Origin: Paraspadella gotoi
Lineage: Eukaryota > Animalia > Chaetognatha
DNA length: 64,000 nucleotides
NCBI GenBank assembly: GCA_051294375.1
Contig: CM119267.1
Coordinates: forward strand, 5,941,992-6,005,991
Direction of reading: 5' to 3'
Part shown: positions 38,201 to 50,336 of the stretch, piece by piece
Layout of the letters: every line of letters starts with the position of its first letter
Numbering within the stretch: position 1 is the stretch's first letter
Translations under genes and position numbers: made by a program
Notes under the pieces: generated by a model
Seen by the model: the letters and a program-made list of their open reading frames with translations, nothing else
Databases searched by the model: none
Told to the model about the DNA's origin: nothing

Positions 38201-40648
38201 TATTTAAAATAAATCTTTGCTCGAAACAATTCAAACTTTTTATAATGTTATTATTTTACAAATTTGCATATTATTTCAAAACACAAAAAAAATCTTAAGT
38301 ATAATGATCTCGCCAAAGAAAATTAATACAAAAATAAAAAAAAATTTAAAAGCATAAAGATCATCGCAATCGCATAAGAAAAATCTGGATTGACGACAAA
38401 TTTTGATACTAAAAAAAATAAAATTTGAGAAAAAAAAAATTTATAAACAGAAAAAAATATAACATTTTGTGATTGTCAATTAAAAAAAATAATAAAGTAC
38501 CAAGGAAAATTAAAGTTACAGTTTTTTTAAAAAAAACCCTTTTCATTGACAATAATTTTTTTTGTTGTCAATTGTCATTATCAAATAAACTGATCAGCAG
38601 ACGCAGCCCCAGAAAAAAAAAATTTGAAAAAAGAAAATTAATTTATAAACAGAAAGAAAAATTTTATTTTGCTATTGTCAATTAAAAAAAATTATAAATT
38701 ACCGAGGAAAATTAAAGTTACTGTTTCTGAAAAGAACAAGAAAAAAAAAATCTTTTTCATTGTCAAAAAAAAATAAACTGATTAGCAGACGCAGCCCCTG
38801 AGAAAAAAAAACGAAATAAAAACCCGATGTTGCGATAGCAAAATAACATGCACAAATGCGATGCCTAATTTTACGAGTTCAATCCTAATTCAATTTTTTT
38901 TAAAAATAAAAACGCAGAGAGAGAAAGAGAAGCCAAATCGTTTTCAGATGAATCAGCAGCGGCAGCAGCAGAGGCAACCAGAAAAAAAGAAAGAAATCAA
39001 AAGGCAGCAGCAGAAGCAGCAGGAGAAAAGAGAGAAAAAGAAAGAGCCTCTGCAGAGCCAGCTGCAGACTCGTTTTTTTTTCTGATGGATTAACAATGGG
39101 GAAAAGAGAGAGAGATAGCTACATATAATTAAAAGAGAAAAAAGAAAAAGAAAGAAACATAAAAATAAAATAGAAGATATTTGTTTTGATAAAACGCAAA
39201 CAAAACATATTTTAAGGACAATTTTAAGGACATCGATGATGAGAAGCTGTATATAAATTTTCAGCTTCATACACCCAAATTTAATCATAAAAAAAGCGAT
39301 CAATAATTTGGAACGCCGACGACGACGCCACTTATGTGCAAAACTAAAGTAAAATCGTCGCAAACGCAAAGCGATTGCGCCGATAACAAAAGCGAATTAT
39401 TGATGCGATGATAATCAGCCATTGATGCGATGAGAGTCATTCATTGATACGATAATACTCATTCATTGATGCGATGATAATCATTCATCATAAATAAAAT
39501 ATGCGTGTATGAGAGAGAGAGATAGAGAGAAATAGAAAAAAAAATAGAGAGAAGCTGGAAACAGCGACGGAAAAAAAAAAGAGCGACATATAATTAAAAG
39601 AAAGAGAGAATTTTTACAATTTGCGATGGTAAAAAAGCGTGACAACGACGAAGACGACAACGACTACGGTCACCAAAAAGCAGAGCTGATCCTTAATCTC
39701 GACCAAGTCGGGTTTTAGTCCGTCTGGCGAGATAAAAATTCTCCCGTCTGACTCACGTCTTTGATGGCCCCCCAATCGTAGTAAACTTGAGCGAGGAGCT
39801 TGAGGGCGCAGGCGTGGCTGTCATCGTTCATCAAGTGACCATTCCTTGAGGCGGCTGTGAGCCAAACCGCGGCCTTGCGGTGCTGTTTGAGGGCGGCGAG
39901 GCGGATGCCGTTACGAAGGCATACGGCCGCGAAGCAGGCTCCCTCGGCTACGAAGTCCTTGGCCAGGACGGAAGCTGCCAAGAGAAGACGCTTCAGAATC
40001 TCCTGGTCCTCTCGATCCGACTGGAAAATCTTTCCGTTGCTGTAAAGTACGCGAATGACGTCGCGAAGGACCGTCTGGATCTCATCACGCCGGCCGGCGT
40101 CGCGAACCTCGGGAGGAGGAAGGGAAATTAGAATTAAGTCATTTTATTAGATTACTAATGACTTTCACATTCTTGTTACGAATTATAAAAAAACTAACCT
40201 TTCCGTACTGCTGAACGACGACTTCGAAACAATACTGTGCCTTCTCCAAATCGGGTACGAATTCCGCGCAAATTTTTCCCGTGTGCAACGCCATGCGAAC
40301 GAGTCCGTACAGAGACAGGGACTTGAGCGTGCCGCCGATTTCCCGCTTGTCCTCGACTTTTCTTTCAACAACCAGAAAGAGCATGAGGCCAACACAAAAG
40401 TACCGCAGCATGCCAAAGTATTCGGGATTTCCATCGGTTTTTCTCTTTTCTAATCCCAAGCTGAAGTTCCACACCTTTTTCAGAGTGTCGTAAAGTTCGC
40501 GATTGACTTCTTCCTCGGACATGTGCCACGGAGCGGAACCTTGAGCGATTAACCAGACTTGCTCAGACATCTTGGAGACCGTCTCGAGAGAGCCTTGATC
40601 GCTGGTAATCTTTAGCGCACCTTCTTTTAACAGTTCGACCAAATCCAT
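35275..40648 (-). CDS. TEX11: Meiotic TPR protein TEX11/ZIP4/SPO22; 3 coding exons
   Basis: KVWNFSL..LRYFCVGL..LVRMALHTGK, and KLHGILWKMARVAIETKSFRVAADWFEMSL..KLHRNLARCSVELKDFEAA, which parallel TEX11 LHNILW..ALQWY..KLQRNMACCYL. Exons ~40648-40200, ~40108-39757 and ~37396-35275. Confidence 0.8.
38307..39733. mobile_element. AT-rich non-autonomous repeat with ATCTCGCCA(GACG)...CGTCTGGCGAGAT inverted ends, in the TEX11 intron
   Basis: The 3' end matches 31134-31226. The core at 39180-39345 matches 19520-19690. GCGATGATAA-type tandem units are shared with 26630-26690 and 30770-30870. Confidence 0.5.
38423..38798. repeat. Imperfect tandem duplication of ~190-200 bp
   Basis: TTATAAACAG..TTGTCAATTAAAAAAA..GGAAAATTAAAGTTAC..TAAACTGAT.AGCAGACGCAGCCCC occurs twice. 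Confidence 0.65.
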
Positions 40649-41115
40649 TTTGAGGGGATGCAGAGAGGGCGGCCCGTACAGGGGGGGTTAGAAAAACTGT
40701 GCCTTCAAAAGAAAAAGTAATAAAATGCAAAAAATATAATTACAACTTTTTAAAATTTTGATGTTTTATTACGAAAAATTAATAAAAACTGCTAAAATCA
40801 TCGGATGATGATGATGATGATTTTTTAAGGTTTTTCCCAATTTTAACCCACTTATAATCAAAATATTGAAAAAAGAATTATTCTTTGTGTAGATAACTTT
40901 TCATAAGCTATTTGAATTTGCTTTTAAAAATAAAAATTTTTTAAAAAAATTTTTGACATTTCCTATCTATAAATAAATATAAAAAAATTAATTACTAATG
41001 CTTCTTGCCATTTTAGAAAATTTTGCTCCATTGAAAGTTTTCTCAGAAATGTATGAAATTTCATTTGGAAAGATTCCCAAATGAAACTTCTGACCCACCC
41101 CATTGACGAAGTTTG

Positions 41116-41170
41116 GCTTAGGCTAAGTTAGACTAAGTTAGGCTAAGTTAGACTTAGGCTAAGTCTAACT
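41116..41170. repeat. Short TTAG(G/A)CTAAG decamer tandem with quasi-palindromic symmetry
   Basis: ggcttaggctaagttagactaagttaggctaagttagacttaggctaagtctaac. Confidence 0.6.
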
Positions 41171-41231
41171 TTGCAGATGTGCATAGTGCAATTTGATTCA
41201 TCTTCAATGTGAATGTGTATTTTAACGTCTG

Positions 41232-43928
41232 TCAATAATCGTAAACAGTCATGGCCAAGTGCTTAATGGATATAATTTCTGGCGATATATTCGGTGACGA
41301 GCTTTTGAATTCAACTTCCGCCACCTCGTCGAGAACGTGAAATCCGTTGTCCTGAAAGGCGCCGTCTATGCCTTCGACGGACAACCAAACGAAGAAGGCG
41401 GGCGCAGTGGTTGAAATCCTGACGTTGAAAACGAACTCCGATTCGGAGACGACGGGAGTCAGATCCACACCACTCACGCGAACCACGGCCTTTCCAATTT
41501 TGGCGCGGGCGAAGGACTGCGGAAAGTATACGTTCTCCGCGGCGGCGAAGGACGACCACAATTTTATGGTCAGGAAACAATCGGAAGAGAAGAGACCTCT
41601 GGCCGCCTGGGCGTGGCACCGCTCTTCCCTGACTAACTCTTCGAGAGAAAACTGAGCAATCTTGGAAGAGCTCTGAGCGTCGATATTCGCCACCGAGTAA
41701 TTCCACGTCGAGCGGCGGAAATCCGCGAAGCCTCGAATGTCGATCTGAAGAGTCAGATTTACGGCATCGCGCCTAAAGTCAGAAATGCCGTAAACATCCA
41801 CGGCCATCCCATTGTTAACCAAAAACGGCGCGACGACCAACGAAGAAAAAAAATTTTTGGCGAAAAAATGAAGCATCTTCCATTTTCCCGAATACTCGAT
41901 CGAGCTCCAAGTCGGCGCCGTCCACACGTCGTTCAGCTGCCAGTACATGGCGCCCATGGTGAGGCCACGCCCCCCGGCGTCAACGCTCGATCGGCAGCTG
42001 AGAAAATACTCGGAGGCGGACTTTATTGACATGGCCTGGTTGACTTGGGAGAGGAAGATGAGGTCATCGAACTCGCCGGAAGAATTGAACTTCTTTTTCG
42101 TTGACGGGAATTCAAAGTGACGACGGATCTCCGAGAGAATCTGCTTGTAGCCGTCAGGATGGTGCTGGCGTCGACGCATCCATTCCGACGTCAGGTTGAA
42201 GACGGAAGGATCGTCGGTGGCAGCCGCGTAGCGCAGAGAATCTAAACTAGGCAGCGACTGTATCCCGAACTCAGAGACAAAACGGGCGCGGGGATAAGTG
42301 CGCCAGTCCCAGCCGTCTTCGACGTACCGGTAGGGATGCACGTCTCCGTACAACGGGTCCGCCGGATTGAGGGCGACACCGCCTTGTTTAATGGTCTCAT
42401 CTCCGTTCGATGGTGATGAAAGAACAAATGGTCGCGTGGGGTCTTCGGTTTCAACAACGGATTGAACGAGCTTCATATAAAGATTTTTGTAGTCGGAAAG
42501 ATAAAGGGAAAAGTTGGAACCCGTTCCGTACCAATTCTGGCGCAACGCCTTTTCGTTCTCGTTATTTCCGGCCCAAATCAAGACGCTTGGGTGAGAAGCA
42601 ATGCGACGGACCTGGTAACGGATCTCCTCGCGAACCGAGGCGAGAAAATCTTGATTTGCCGGATACATGGCGCACGCAAACATCATGTCTTGCCAAAGCA
42701 GGATGCCCAACTCGTCGGCCAAATCGTAGAAAGTTTCCGACTCGTAGACGCCACCGCCCCAAACACGCAGCGCGTTCATGTTGGCCTTTTTGGCGTCGGA
42801 CAAGAGGCGGAGCTCGGTCTCCCTGGTTACGTTGGCGGGACAGACTCGAGCGGGAATCCAGTTAGAGCCTTTGAGGAAAACGTTCTCACCGTTGACACGA
42901 AAGAAGAACGTGAGACCCTTGGGATCGACGGGACGCTGGACGAGTTCGACGACGCGAAACCCAAACCTCTTTTCGTGCGAGTCGAGGATCATTGAATGCG
43001 CGTTCTTCACCTCGACCCTCAAAACGTAAAGCTTCTGACGGCCCATGCCGTTCGGCCACCACAGATCGACCGGATTCCGTACTTCAAAGCCGTGCATAGA
43101 CGGACCATTTTCGTTCAAATCTAAACACTTGGTTTCGGTAACGTTCAACTCATAAATACTATACGTGACGCAGAACGTTTCATTCTTCGCCTCGGGAGCT
43201 TTCTCTAAAGACACCTTCCCTTTGACTTCCCAAACGTAACGAGATTTCCGAATGACAAGCGGGACGACGTGCGTGATTCGTACCTGGTTGAAAGCTATTA
43301 AAGATACATTTTTATAAATTCCCATAGAGGCTGCAGCTGGGCCCCAATCCCAGCCAAATGACGACTGCTCTTTTCTGATGAACATGGGATGATTAAAGCC
43401 GTGCTCAACACTGGGTTCAGACACTGGCGGTACCGGGTAGGGATATTGTTTAGCCATTTTTGCCGCGTACTCGACGGGTGAAAAAAAGTGAATTGTGAGC
43501 GAGTTTCGCCCGAGTCGCAACCATTTTTGAACCACAAAAACGAATTCCAAGAACATGTTTCGAGTTTCGGCGACGGGATTGTCGTTGACGTAAACTCTAG
43601 ACACGGTGTCTAAGCCTTTCAAATTCAAAACTATCCTCTGCCGCCGAAAGATCGCGGAAGATACTTCAAACTCTCGACGATAGACCCAATCGCTTTCGGC
43701 GATCCATATTTGATTTTTGTCTTCAAATCCTCTCACGAAATCCTTTACGATTCCGGCCAATTCCAAATCCCGATGAATGCATCCGGGGACGGTGGCCTTC
43801 ACGCAAATGGAACCGTTGGTGTTGCAGGCGCTCCAGATTCCGTTCAAGGACAGTTCAATTTTTTCTTCGAAAAAATAGCCCAATCGTAAATGGGCGAAAA
43901 GAATTATAAAAATAATGAATTTTTTCAT
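41232..43928 (-). CDS. MANBA: Lysosomal beta-mannosidase (GH2); intronless
   Basis: Signal peptide MKKFIIFIILFAHL, IRKEQSSFGWDWGP, FLKGSNWIP, LRVWGGGVYE, WQDMMFACAMYP, WAGNNENE (acid/base), RFVSEFGIQS (nucleophile), MYWQLNDVWTAPTWSSIEY. Confidence 0.95.
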   Translation of the reverse strand: MKKFIIFIILFAHLRLGYFFEEKIELSLNGIWSACNTNGSICVKATVPGCIHRDLELAGIVKDFVRGFEDKNQIWIAESDWVYRREFEVSSAIFRRQRIVLNLKGLDTVSRVYVNDNPVAETRNMFLEFVFVVQKWLRLGRNSLTIHFFSPVEYAAKMAKQYPYPVPPVSEPSVEHGFNHPMFIRKEQSSFGWDWGPAAASMGIYKNVSLIAFNQVRITHVVPLVIRKSRYVWEVKGKVSLEKAPEAKNETFCVTYSIYELNVTETKCLDLNENGPSMHGFEVRNPVDLWWPNGMGRQKLYVLRVEVKNAHSMILDSHEKRFGFRVVELVQRPVDPKGLTFFFRVNGENVFLKGSNWIPARVCPANVTRETELRLLSDAKKANMNALRVWGGGVYESETFYDLADELGILLWQDMMFACAMYPANQDFLASVREEIRYQVRRIASHPSVLIWAGNNENEKALRQNWYGTGSNFSLYLSDYKNLYMKLVQSVVETEDPTRPFVLSSPSNGDETIKQGGVALNPADPLYGDVHPYRYVEDGWDWRTYPRARFVSEFGIQSLPSLDSLRYAAATDDPSVFNLTSEWMRRRQHHPDGYKQILSEIRRHFEFPSTKKKFNSSGEFDDLIFLSQVNQAMSIKSASEYFLSCRSSVDAGGRGLTMGAMYWQLNDVWTAPTWSSIEYSGKWKMLHFFAKNFFSSLVVAPFLVNNGMAVDVYGISDFRRDAVNLTLQIDIRGFADFRRSTWNYSVANIDAQSSSKIAQFSLEELVREERCHAQAARGLFSSDCFLTIKLWSSFAAAENVYFPQSFARAKIGKAVVRVSGVDLTPVVSESEFVFNVRISTTAPAFFVWLSVEGIDGAFQDNGFHVLDEVAEVEFKSSSPNISPEIISIKHLAMTVYDY

Positions 43929-44073
43929 AGTGCTTCTTGAAACCTGTAATATCACAAACTGAGGAACAGGTAAATAAGTTCATTCGTGAAGAAAACCAAC
44001 GAGAATCAAATAAAAATAAATAATAAAACACAGACTTAACTAATACGTGAAATATACTATTACTATAAATCAA

Positions 44074-47000
44074 TCAATTGAAATCAAGTTCATTCGTAAG
44101 CAAATTTAATTCCTGACTAAAAAATTGATCGCCGTCGCTTTGTAAGTCGACGGTTCGGACGGATTCGGCGTCCGAAACGTCCATTTCAGTCTCGGGATTC
44201 GCGGGGGTCTCTTGCATTTCACTTTCTTCGTTTCTCTCCATTTCGACGACTGGTTGCAGTTGAAGACGTAATTCCTTCAAATATTCCATTTCTTCCTGCA
44301 GCTTTTCAATGTGTGACTGAATCGGGGATGAAGCCCAAGACCTAACAATATCTAGCGAAGGCATGGCTGGTGACTCTGGTTGTTCGGGTTGTTTGGGATC
44401 GTAATCGCGATGGTTTTCCGAACCTTCGGCTTCGCCAGAATTTTCTTCAATTCTCCTCGGTCCGTGAGAGCTATCAAGGTGCTTGGTGCTGGATCCTGCA
44501 CTGGCTCGAAGATGATTGTGGGTACTGTTCACAGTTTTCGTCGTCGTTTGGTCATTAGTGAGATAGTGTAATGGTGGAGGAGAAGAGCTCGCGGGGGGCA
44601 CATCCGATGAAGTTGTTCGAATCATGGGCGATACCTTTTGCAGTGGACGAAAGGAGAACTGTTTCGTCATCTTAGAAAAAATTTTACTCGTAAGAGAGGA
44701 ATCGCTTTGAAGGGAAGAATTTCCATCGGGTTGAACATTATTTGCCATTTGAGAAGATTTGGACTTCAGCTCCACAACATCGGCGCGAGAAAAAAATTTC
44801 GAAATGCTCTGTTGTCGCATCCCGGAACCGTCGATCTTAGCCTTACAGCATTCGTGCTTGCACTTTTGCTTGTTCGAGCAGTGATGACCGCAAACGGGCA
44901 ACGGCTGACTTTTCTTCTTGTTATTAAACGTTTCAGAATCGACCGATTTTTCTTCCGCCTTTTTTTCTGACGACATCGTAAAGGAGGCTTCACCGAGGCT
45001 GCTTTCCCCGGAAGACGAGTTCAAATCTGAATAAACGGGTTTGATGGCGAACCAAACGTCGAGTCCGACGAACTCGGTGCTGAGAAAGTGGATTTGCAAT
45101 TCGAGGTTTTCCGCTGCCCGGTCCACACCGAAAACGAAAAATAAATCATTGGGACTTTTGAAAAAATCAGAATCGTAGACTCGTCGCTGGTAAATAATGT
45201 GATTCTCCGCGTCACCCACGAGAAGAACGCAGCTGTGATACCTGGATGCCAACGGAAATACCATAGAAGATCTTATTGAGCGAATGAGTCTAGACAGCAG
45301 CTTACGAACAGCAGTTTACGGATGGACGGACGGACAGACAGTGAGCAATATATATTTTACAGTAAACACGATTGAATACGTGGTGTATAATGTATGTATA
45401 ATGAAGTTGGTACAACCAATATAAAATTATCCATTCATTTAATAAATAAGCTAATAGGAAAAAATAATAGGAAAAAGAAAAAAGTCTATTGATGTCACCA
45501 GACTTTACTATCAAAGTATGCTCATGAAAAAATCTTAAAATACATTTTGCGTACGTATCTTCTCCGGAAAAATTAAAGAAAAGAAATGCAAATCAGATGA
45601 ATGATCGATTTTTTTTTTTAAGGGAAATAAATCGTATATATAAAATAAACGAATAAATGAACTAAATTAAAACTAAGTTGAAATGAGTGAATGAATAAAA
45701 TAAATTTAATGAATATATTGTGGAGCAATATAATATATACAATATAATATAATATAATATATATACAATACATATATCATATAATGAATCAAATTAAAAT
45801 AAACATTTAAAACAAACCTTCCTGCCGTCGACTTCTCAAGGCTCAACCCTGTTTTATTCAACAGGCTGGCGGTGATCTTCACTTTAGCTTTGTTGCCTTG
45901 AAACGGGGTCAACGTTGAAGCGGATATGCCATAAAAGGGAAGGCGCTTGACTTTTTCCACGATCCCATTCCCGAATGGTGGGGCTCTATTCAAGATAGAC
46001 TCGATCAAACGCGGCTCAGCCTTGGCTATTTTATCAAAGCCGTCGTAGCCCGCATCTACGAGAATCTGCGCCATCTTATCGCCGATTCCGCGCAGCTGCT
46101 TCATCACGAGGGGACTGTTCTCCCACAAACGAGCTCTGATGCACTTGGCCAAATAGATTCCGTGAAGAGAAAGCTTATAATCTTTTCTTTTGACCAGCAA
46201 AAATTCCATCAGACAGGTAGAGATTCGCGGTGCCGACTTAAAGATCAAGAACGATTCTTGGGAGAGCGAGAGCTCGTTCAGATATATTCCGCCTAGCGCG
46301 GCCTGGAGCAACACAAATACTTTTTGGTCATTGCTCTTAATCTTCGAAGACAAAGGAAATCGAACGCATTCGGGGTTTTTCTTGTCAGACAAGCGGTTGA
46401 GATAGGATTTTTCCGCTTGTCTCACGGCAACGTCACGAAACTCTTTTGCGCGCGACAAGATCGAAAGGAGCTCGGCGAAAGATTCCGTGCCTTGCAAGTT
46501 GAAGATCTCGCTCATGGTTTCGAAAGAGATGCAATGCTTGGCCATCAGCTTCCCAATTGGCGTCGAAGACATATCGAAATGATCGGTTACCGCGACGCAA
46601 TCGATGCCAGCTAAACGCCTCGTCGCCTCCCTGCAGATTCGCTGCAACTCCCTGTCGACTATCAGGGGATCTCCGGTGTCGATGGATATTCCGTACTTCC
46701 CGGGATCTCTCAAGAATCGGCGATAATAAAACGTAGTTTTGACCCAACGAACCGCTTCATCGACAGAATTAATGGAGGACAACGAAACCTCAGCGTTGAT
46801 ATTCTCAACTAGATCTTTGTGAAAGGACGACTCAACGAGCTGATTTCCTTGCAGCAGCATCTCGTACTTGGATCTCGTGGAATGCTGCGTCATGATGACT
46901 ACAGTGGCCGTCTTGTCAAACTGAGGCCGTCCGGCACGTCCGATCATCTGCAAGACCTGATTCTCATCCAGCTCCGCGTATCCAGTGTTCACGTAGCGAA

Positions 47001-48681
47001 AGGTAGATTTTAAAACCACCAAGTGAGCGGGAAGGTTGACCCCGGTAGACAAAGTTGATGTGGACACTAAAACCGGCAAACGATTTTGCAGGAAAAGCGT
47101 TTCGATTTCTCTGCGGTCGTTGTAGCTCAGACCAGCGTGATGAAAACCGACTCCAAATGACAAAAGTCTCTTCAGTTTGTCGTTCTCTAGCGACGTTATA
47201 GACTCTAAATCTCTTAATTTCGTCTTGGAACCTTTCGCCAATTCCGAGGCGCTTAACTCTGTCATTTTCCTCGTTGTGCAAAATACGAGCGTCGGCTTAT
47301 TATCCGAGTAAGTATCAATTATTTTTTTCAGTTTATACGAGAGGTTTCGGTCAAAGAGGTACTTGCTGTCTGAAGGCGGAAAGCTGAGCACCACGTGTCT
47401 CAGCTTTACGGGTCTGTATTCGTTACCGAACCAGTGGACGGCAGCAGGGAGTGAGTCGTTACCCAGCCAACTCGCCACATCCTCTATGTTTGGAATCGTG
47501 GCGGAAACAGCCACGAAGCGAAGGCGGTCCGAATTCCCGTCATCCTGAGAGCCAAAGTGATCGTCGATGATCTTCATCCTACTTACTACGGCCTCTACTT
47601 TGGGCCCTCTTTCCACGTCACCCAAATGGTGAACCTCGTCGATCAAGACAAGCCTGAGATGCCTAACCCATTCCTCGTTCGATCGCCAGTTTCGCGTCAT
47701 CACGTCCCACTTTTCGGGAGTCGCGATGACCACACACACGTTTCCCGGGCGAAGACGACGTAAAAATTCTGACGAGCCAACGTCGACTTCGGAATCGCCG
47801 GTCATGAGATGGCAAGAGAGACGGTCGGAAGCGTCGACGAAACGTCTTCTCCAGTCATCGTACTTCTCACCGCATAAGGCTTTGGTCGGAGCCAAGTACA
47901 CCGCCACCGAGGGACAATTGAAAGTTTTCGTCGCCAAACGAACGACTGCCAGCTCGAACAGAGCAGTTTTTCCGCTTCCGGTCGGTGCGCTGACGACGAT
48001 GGAGCGGGAAGAGCGGAACACGTCGGCAAATGCTTTAGACTGGATTGCGTTGAAGAAGGGAAAGGCAAAAATGGAACGAAACGGAGTCGGAACCGAGGAA
48101 GTCGGAACTTGGGCGGGATTTCGGACCGAAGGGGGACTTTCACCCATCGGAATGGCGTTTGATCCAAAATTTTCACGAGGGGAATGACTCGAATCGTCAT
48201 CGCCCTCGATCGACTTCTCATTCTCTAAAGCGTGATGACCCATGGAGGTTTTGGACGAGCGAATAAACCCTGGACAAACCGAAGCATTCCGTTGATCGAT
48301 GCGAGTAGCAGGAATTTTATTTGCATAATATTCTTCTTGACAATCGCTATCGTACTGTTCCATCCAATCATCAAAGTCACTATCGAAGGACGGATCTCTA
48401 AATTCCGCCGCATTCTGGTTTTCTTTTTCTCTCTTTCCGTGGCTGCTAGAGTTTTTGCAATGAAATCTCGAGCGACGTCTATCATCACCAGAAATAAATT
48501 TATTTTTAATGGTCTCATTGGCGAATGAGTCACCAGCTTGGCGAAAGGGAAATTCTAATTTATTTGAAGGAGTCTCACCAAAGTTGTTTTCATTTTTCTT
48601 TCCACGAGTATAAATACTTTCAATTCTTTCTAACCAACTATCAAACTGACTATTCCCGCATTCTTTGTTTCTTTGCAGCAT
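44074..48681 (-). CDS. HFM1: Meiotic DNA helicase HFM1/MER3 (Ski2-like helicase + Sec63 domain + C-terminal zinc finger)
   Basis: APTGSGKT, ATPEKWD..TR, IDEVH, AVSATIPN, RPVKL, GVNLPAHLVV, QMIGRAGRPQFD, Sec63 region. The last exon (44074-45241) carries CGHHCSNKQKCKHECCK. The true start is probably further upstream. Confidence 0.92.
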
Positions 48682-49215
48682 ATATAAAAAGGTTTTCTTA
48701 AACCATGGCCTTGTTATTTGCTGAGAACGAATAGATACAATAATAATGTTAGTATTTATTTATTATAATAATAATTATTACAACGATAAGTAATTAAGTA
48801 ATTCTAAATATGGAGTTTTTATTATCTCGGGCCAAAATAGGTCAAAAAGAACCTTTTTTCTCTTATTTGGTTAACATCGTCGATTTCTGACAAGTTATTT
48901 TTAAACGAAGAAGCAGAAAATTCCTTCAACTTTTTTTGCGTTGAAAATGGATGTGACGCTAATTCTTTAAGATTTTGTGAAGAAAACCCAGGTCTCTGTT
49001 TATTATTACTACGGATGGCCCGCAAACAAACAGGTATTCATATATTCTATATATAAAATCGCTACAACCAATATAATATTAGTTATTTATACCTTACTAT
49101 AAGAAAGCCAACACCTCCGTAAACTACAAATAATAGCAGAAAAAATATGTTTCGCTTTACCGTTTGAAATGGGACCCATCCAGTAATTATTTATTGATTA
49201 TCTATACTTGTATAC

Positions 49216-49700
49216 CGTTCAAAAGTAGAAGATAATGAACTTCGTTTCTCTTGAGAGTCGAATCTGGATTGACGATCGTCGTCGTCGCGGTCATCAATTT
49301 TAGAAGGTCCCTCAAGTAGCACGGCTTTCTTAGCCCGGTGCACGTCCGAGGCAAGAACAAACTCCCCAACTTGGTACTTTTCTAAAATTCTCACAACTCT
49401 TTCGGAGGTTTTGGCTTCGGGTTTCGCCGCTGGTTCAGAAGCTCCTTCGTTGTCAAATCTACCCCTAATCGGCGGAAAAAACTGCCTCCTCTTTCGCGGA
49501 GGAGAGCCGGCGGCGATCTGCGTCAGCGTTTGGGTGCCGGAAGAGGCGGACGTCTCATCGGCAAACCGGCGAAAACGATCCTCAACGGAATTGCGAATCG
49601 GCGAATGCCGGATCGGAGGCGGAGGTGAGAGGACGTCCCTCTCGAGTTGGGTCAAGTTCATCTGCGTCGAGGAAGGAGGCGACGGAATGAGTTTCCACAT
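49216..49700 (-). CDS. Ser/Pro-rich coding exon, probably the first exon of HFM1 (or a separate small gene)
   Basis: GC-rich open frame MWKLIPSPPSSTQMNLTQ...SSTFER followed by a GT donor and preceded by a CCCTAG acceptor near 49750. The link to HFM1 through small exons at ~49180 and ~48830-49030 is not resolved. Confidence 0.45.
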
Positions 49701-50336
49701 GATCGTGGAACGTATTTGGAATTCTGGACTTATATAGGTGATATGCTCTAGGGATAGGAAATGTTTAAAATATAAAAAATATACATAAAACCAACATTTT
49801 AGAAATAAAAATAGGGTTCGTAAGTTTTCTTCCTTGACCGAGAAAAATTTATTTTGATTTCCGATTTTTTTCGCCAAATCAAAAACTTTAGTAAAAATTA
49901 AACAACTTTCGTTGACGAGTGATGTCATAATGTCATAATTATTCATAATGTCATAATTATTCGTAAAAGATGGATGAACGCAGTTCTCGGAGAAACGTCT
50001 CGATTGATTCTTGGGAAAGACCATTTCTGTATAGGTTGAACCTTAGAGTCAGCACAAGTTCAACATATCATAACTGGTTTTGTATTAAAATCACAGTAAA
50101 AATGCCAATTACAGAAGAAAAAAAAAACATTTCTTTCATGGTCAATAGTCAATAATTACATAACACTGGTGGTTTTCCTACGTCTTAATAAGAACAGCGG
50201 CAGCACTTTGGAATGTGATTCGGTACTTCGTACAATTTCAAACTATAATTCTCAGTCATAAATAAGTAGTATAATTCTCAGGCAATGAATGTCAAATTAT
50301 TTAATAAATAATATATTTTGAGTACAAAATTTTCAG

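Noticed and set aside
37739-39369. Phe/Leu- or Lys/Gln-rich ORFs
   Set aside because: Translations of A-rich low-complexity repeat DNA within the TEX11 intron.
41116-41170. Interstitial TTAGGC telomere repeat
   Set aside because: The unit is a 10-mer (TTAGGCTAAG/TTAGACTAAG), not a hexamer array, and spans only ~55 bp.
5948-48528. Many plus-strand and shifted-frame ORFs of 60-225 aa overlapping the called genes
   Set aside because: Shadow ORFs expected from GC-rich coding sequence, with no family motifs.
49740-50024. N-terminal extension of ORF 49191-50024
   Set aside because: AT-rich sequence with a short ATAATGTCATAATTATTC tandem repeat, lying upstream of an acceptor-like site, so probably non-coding.
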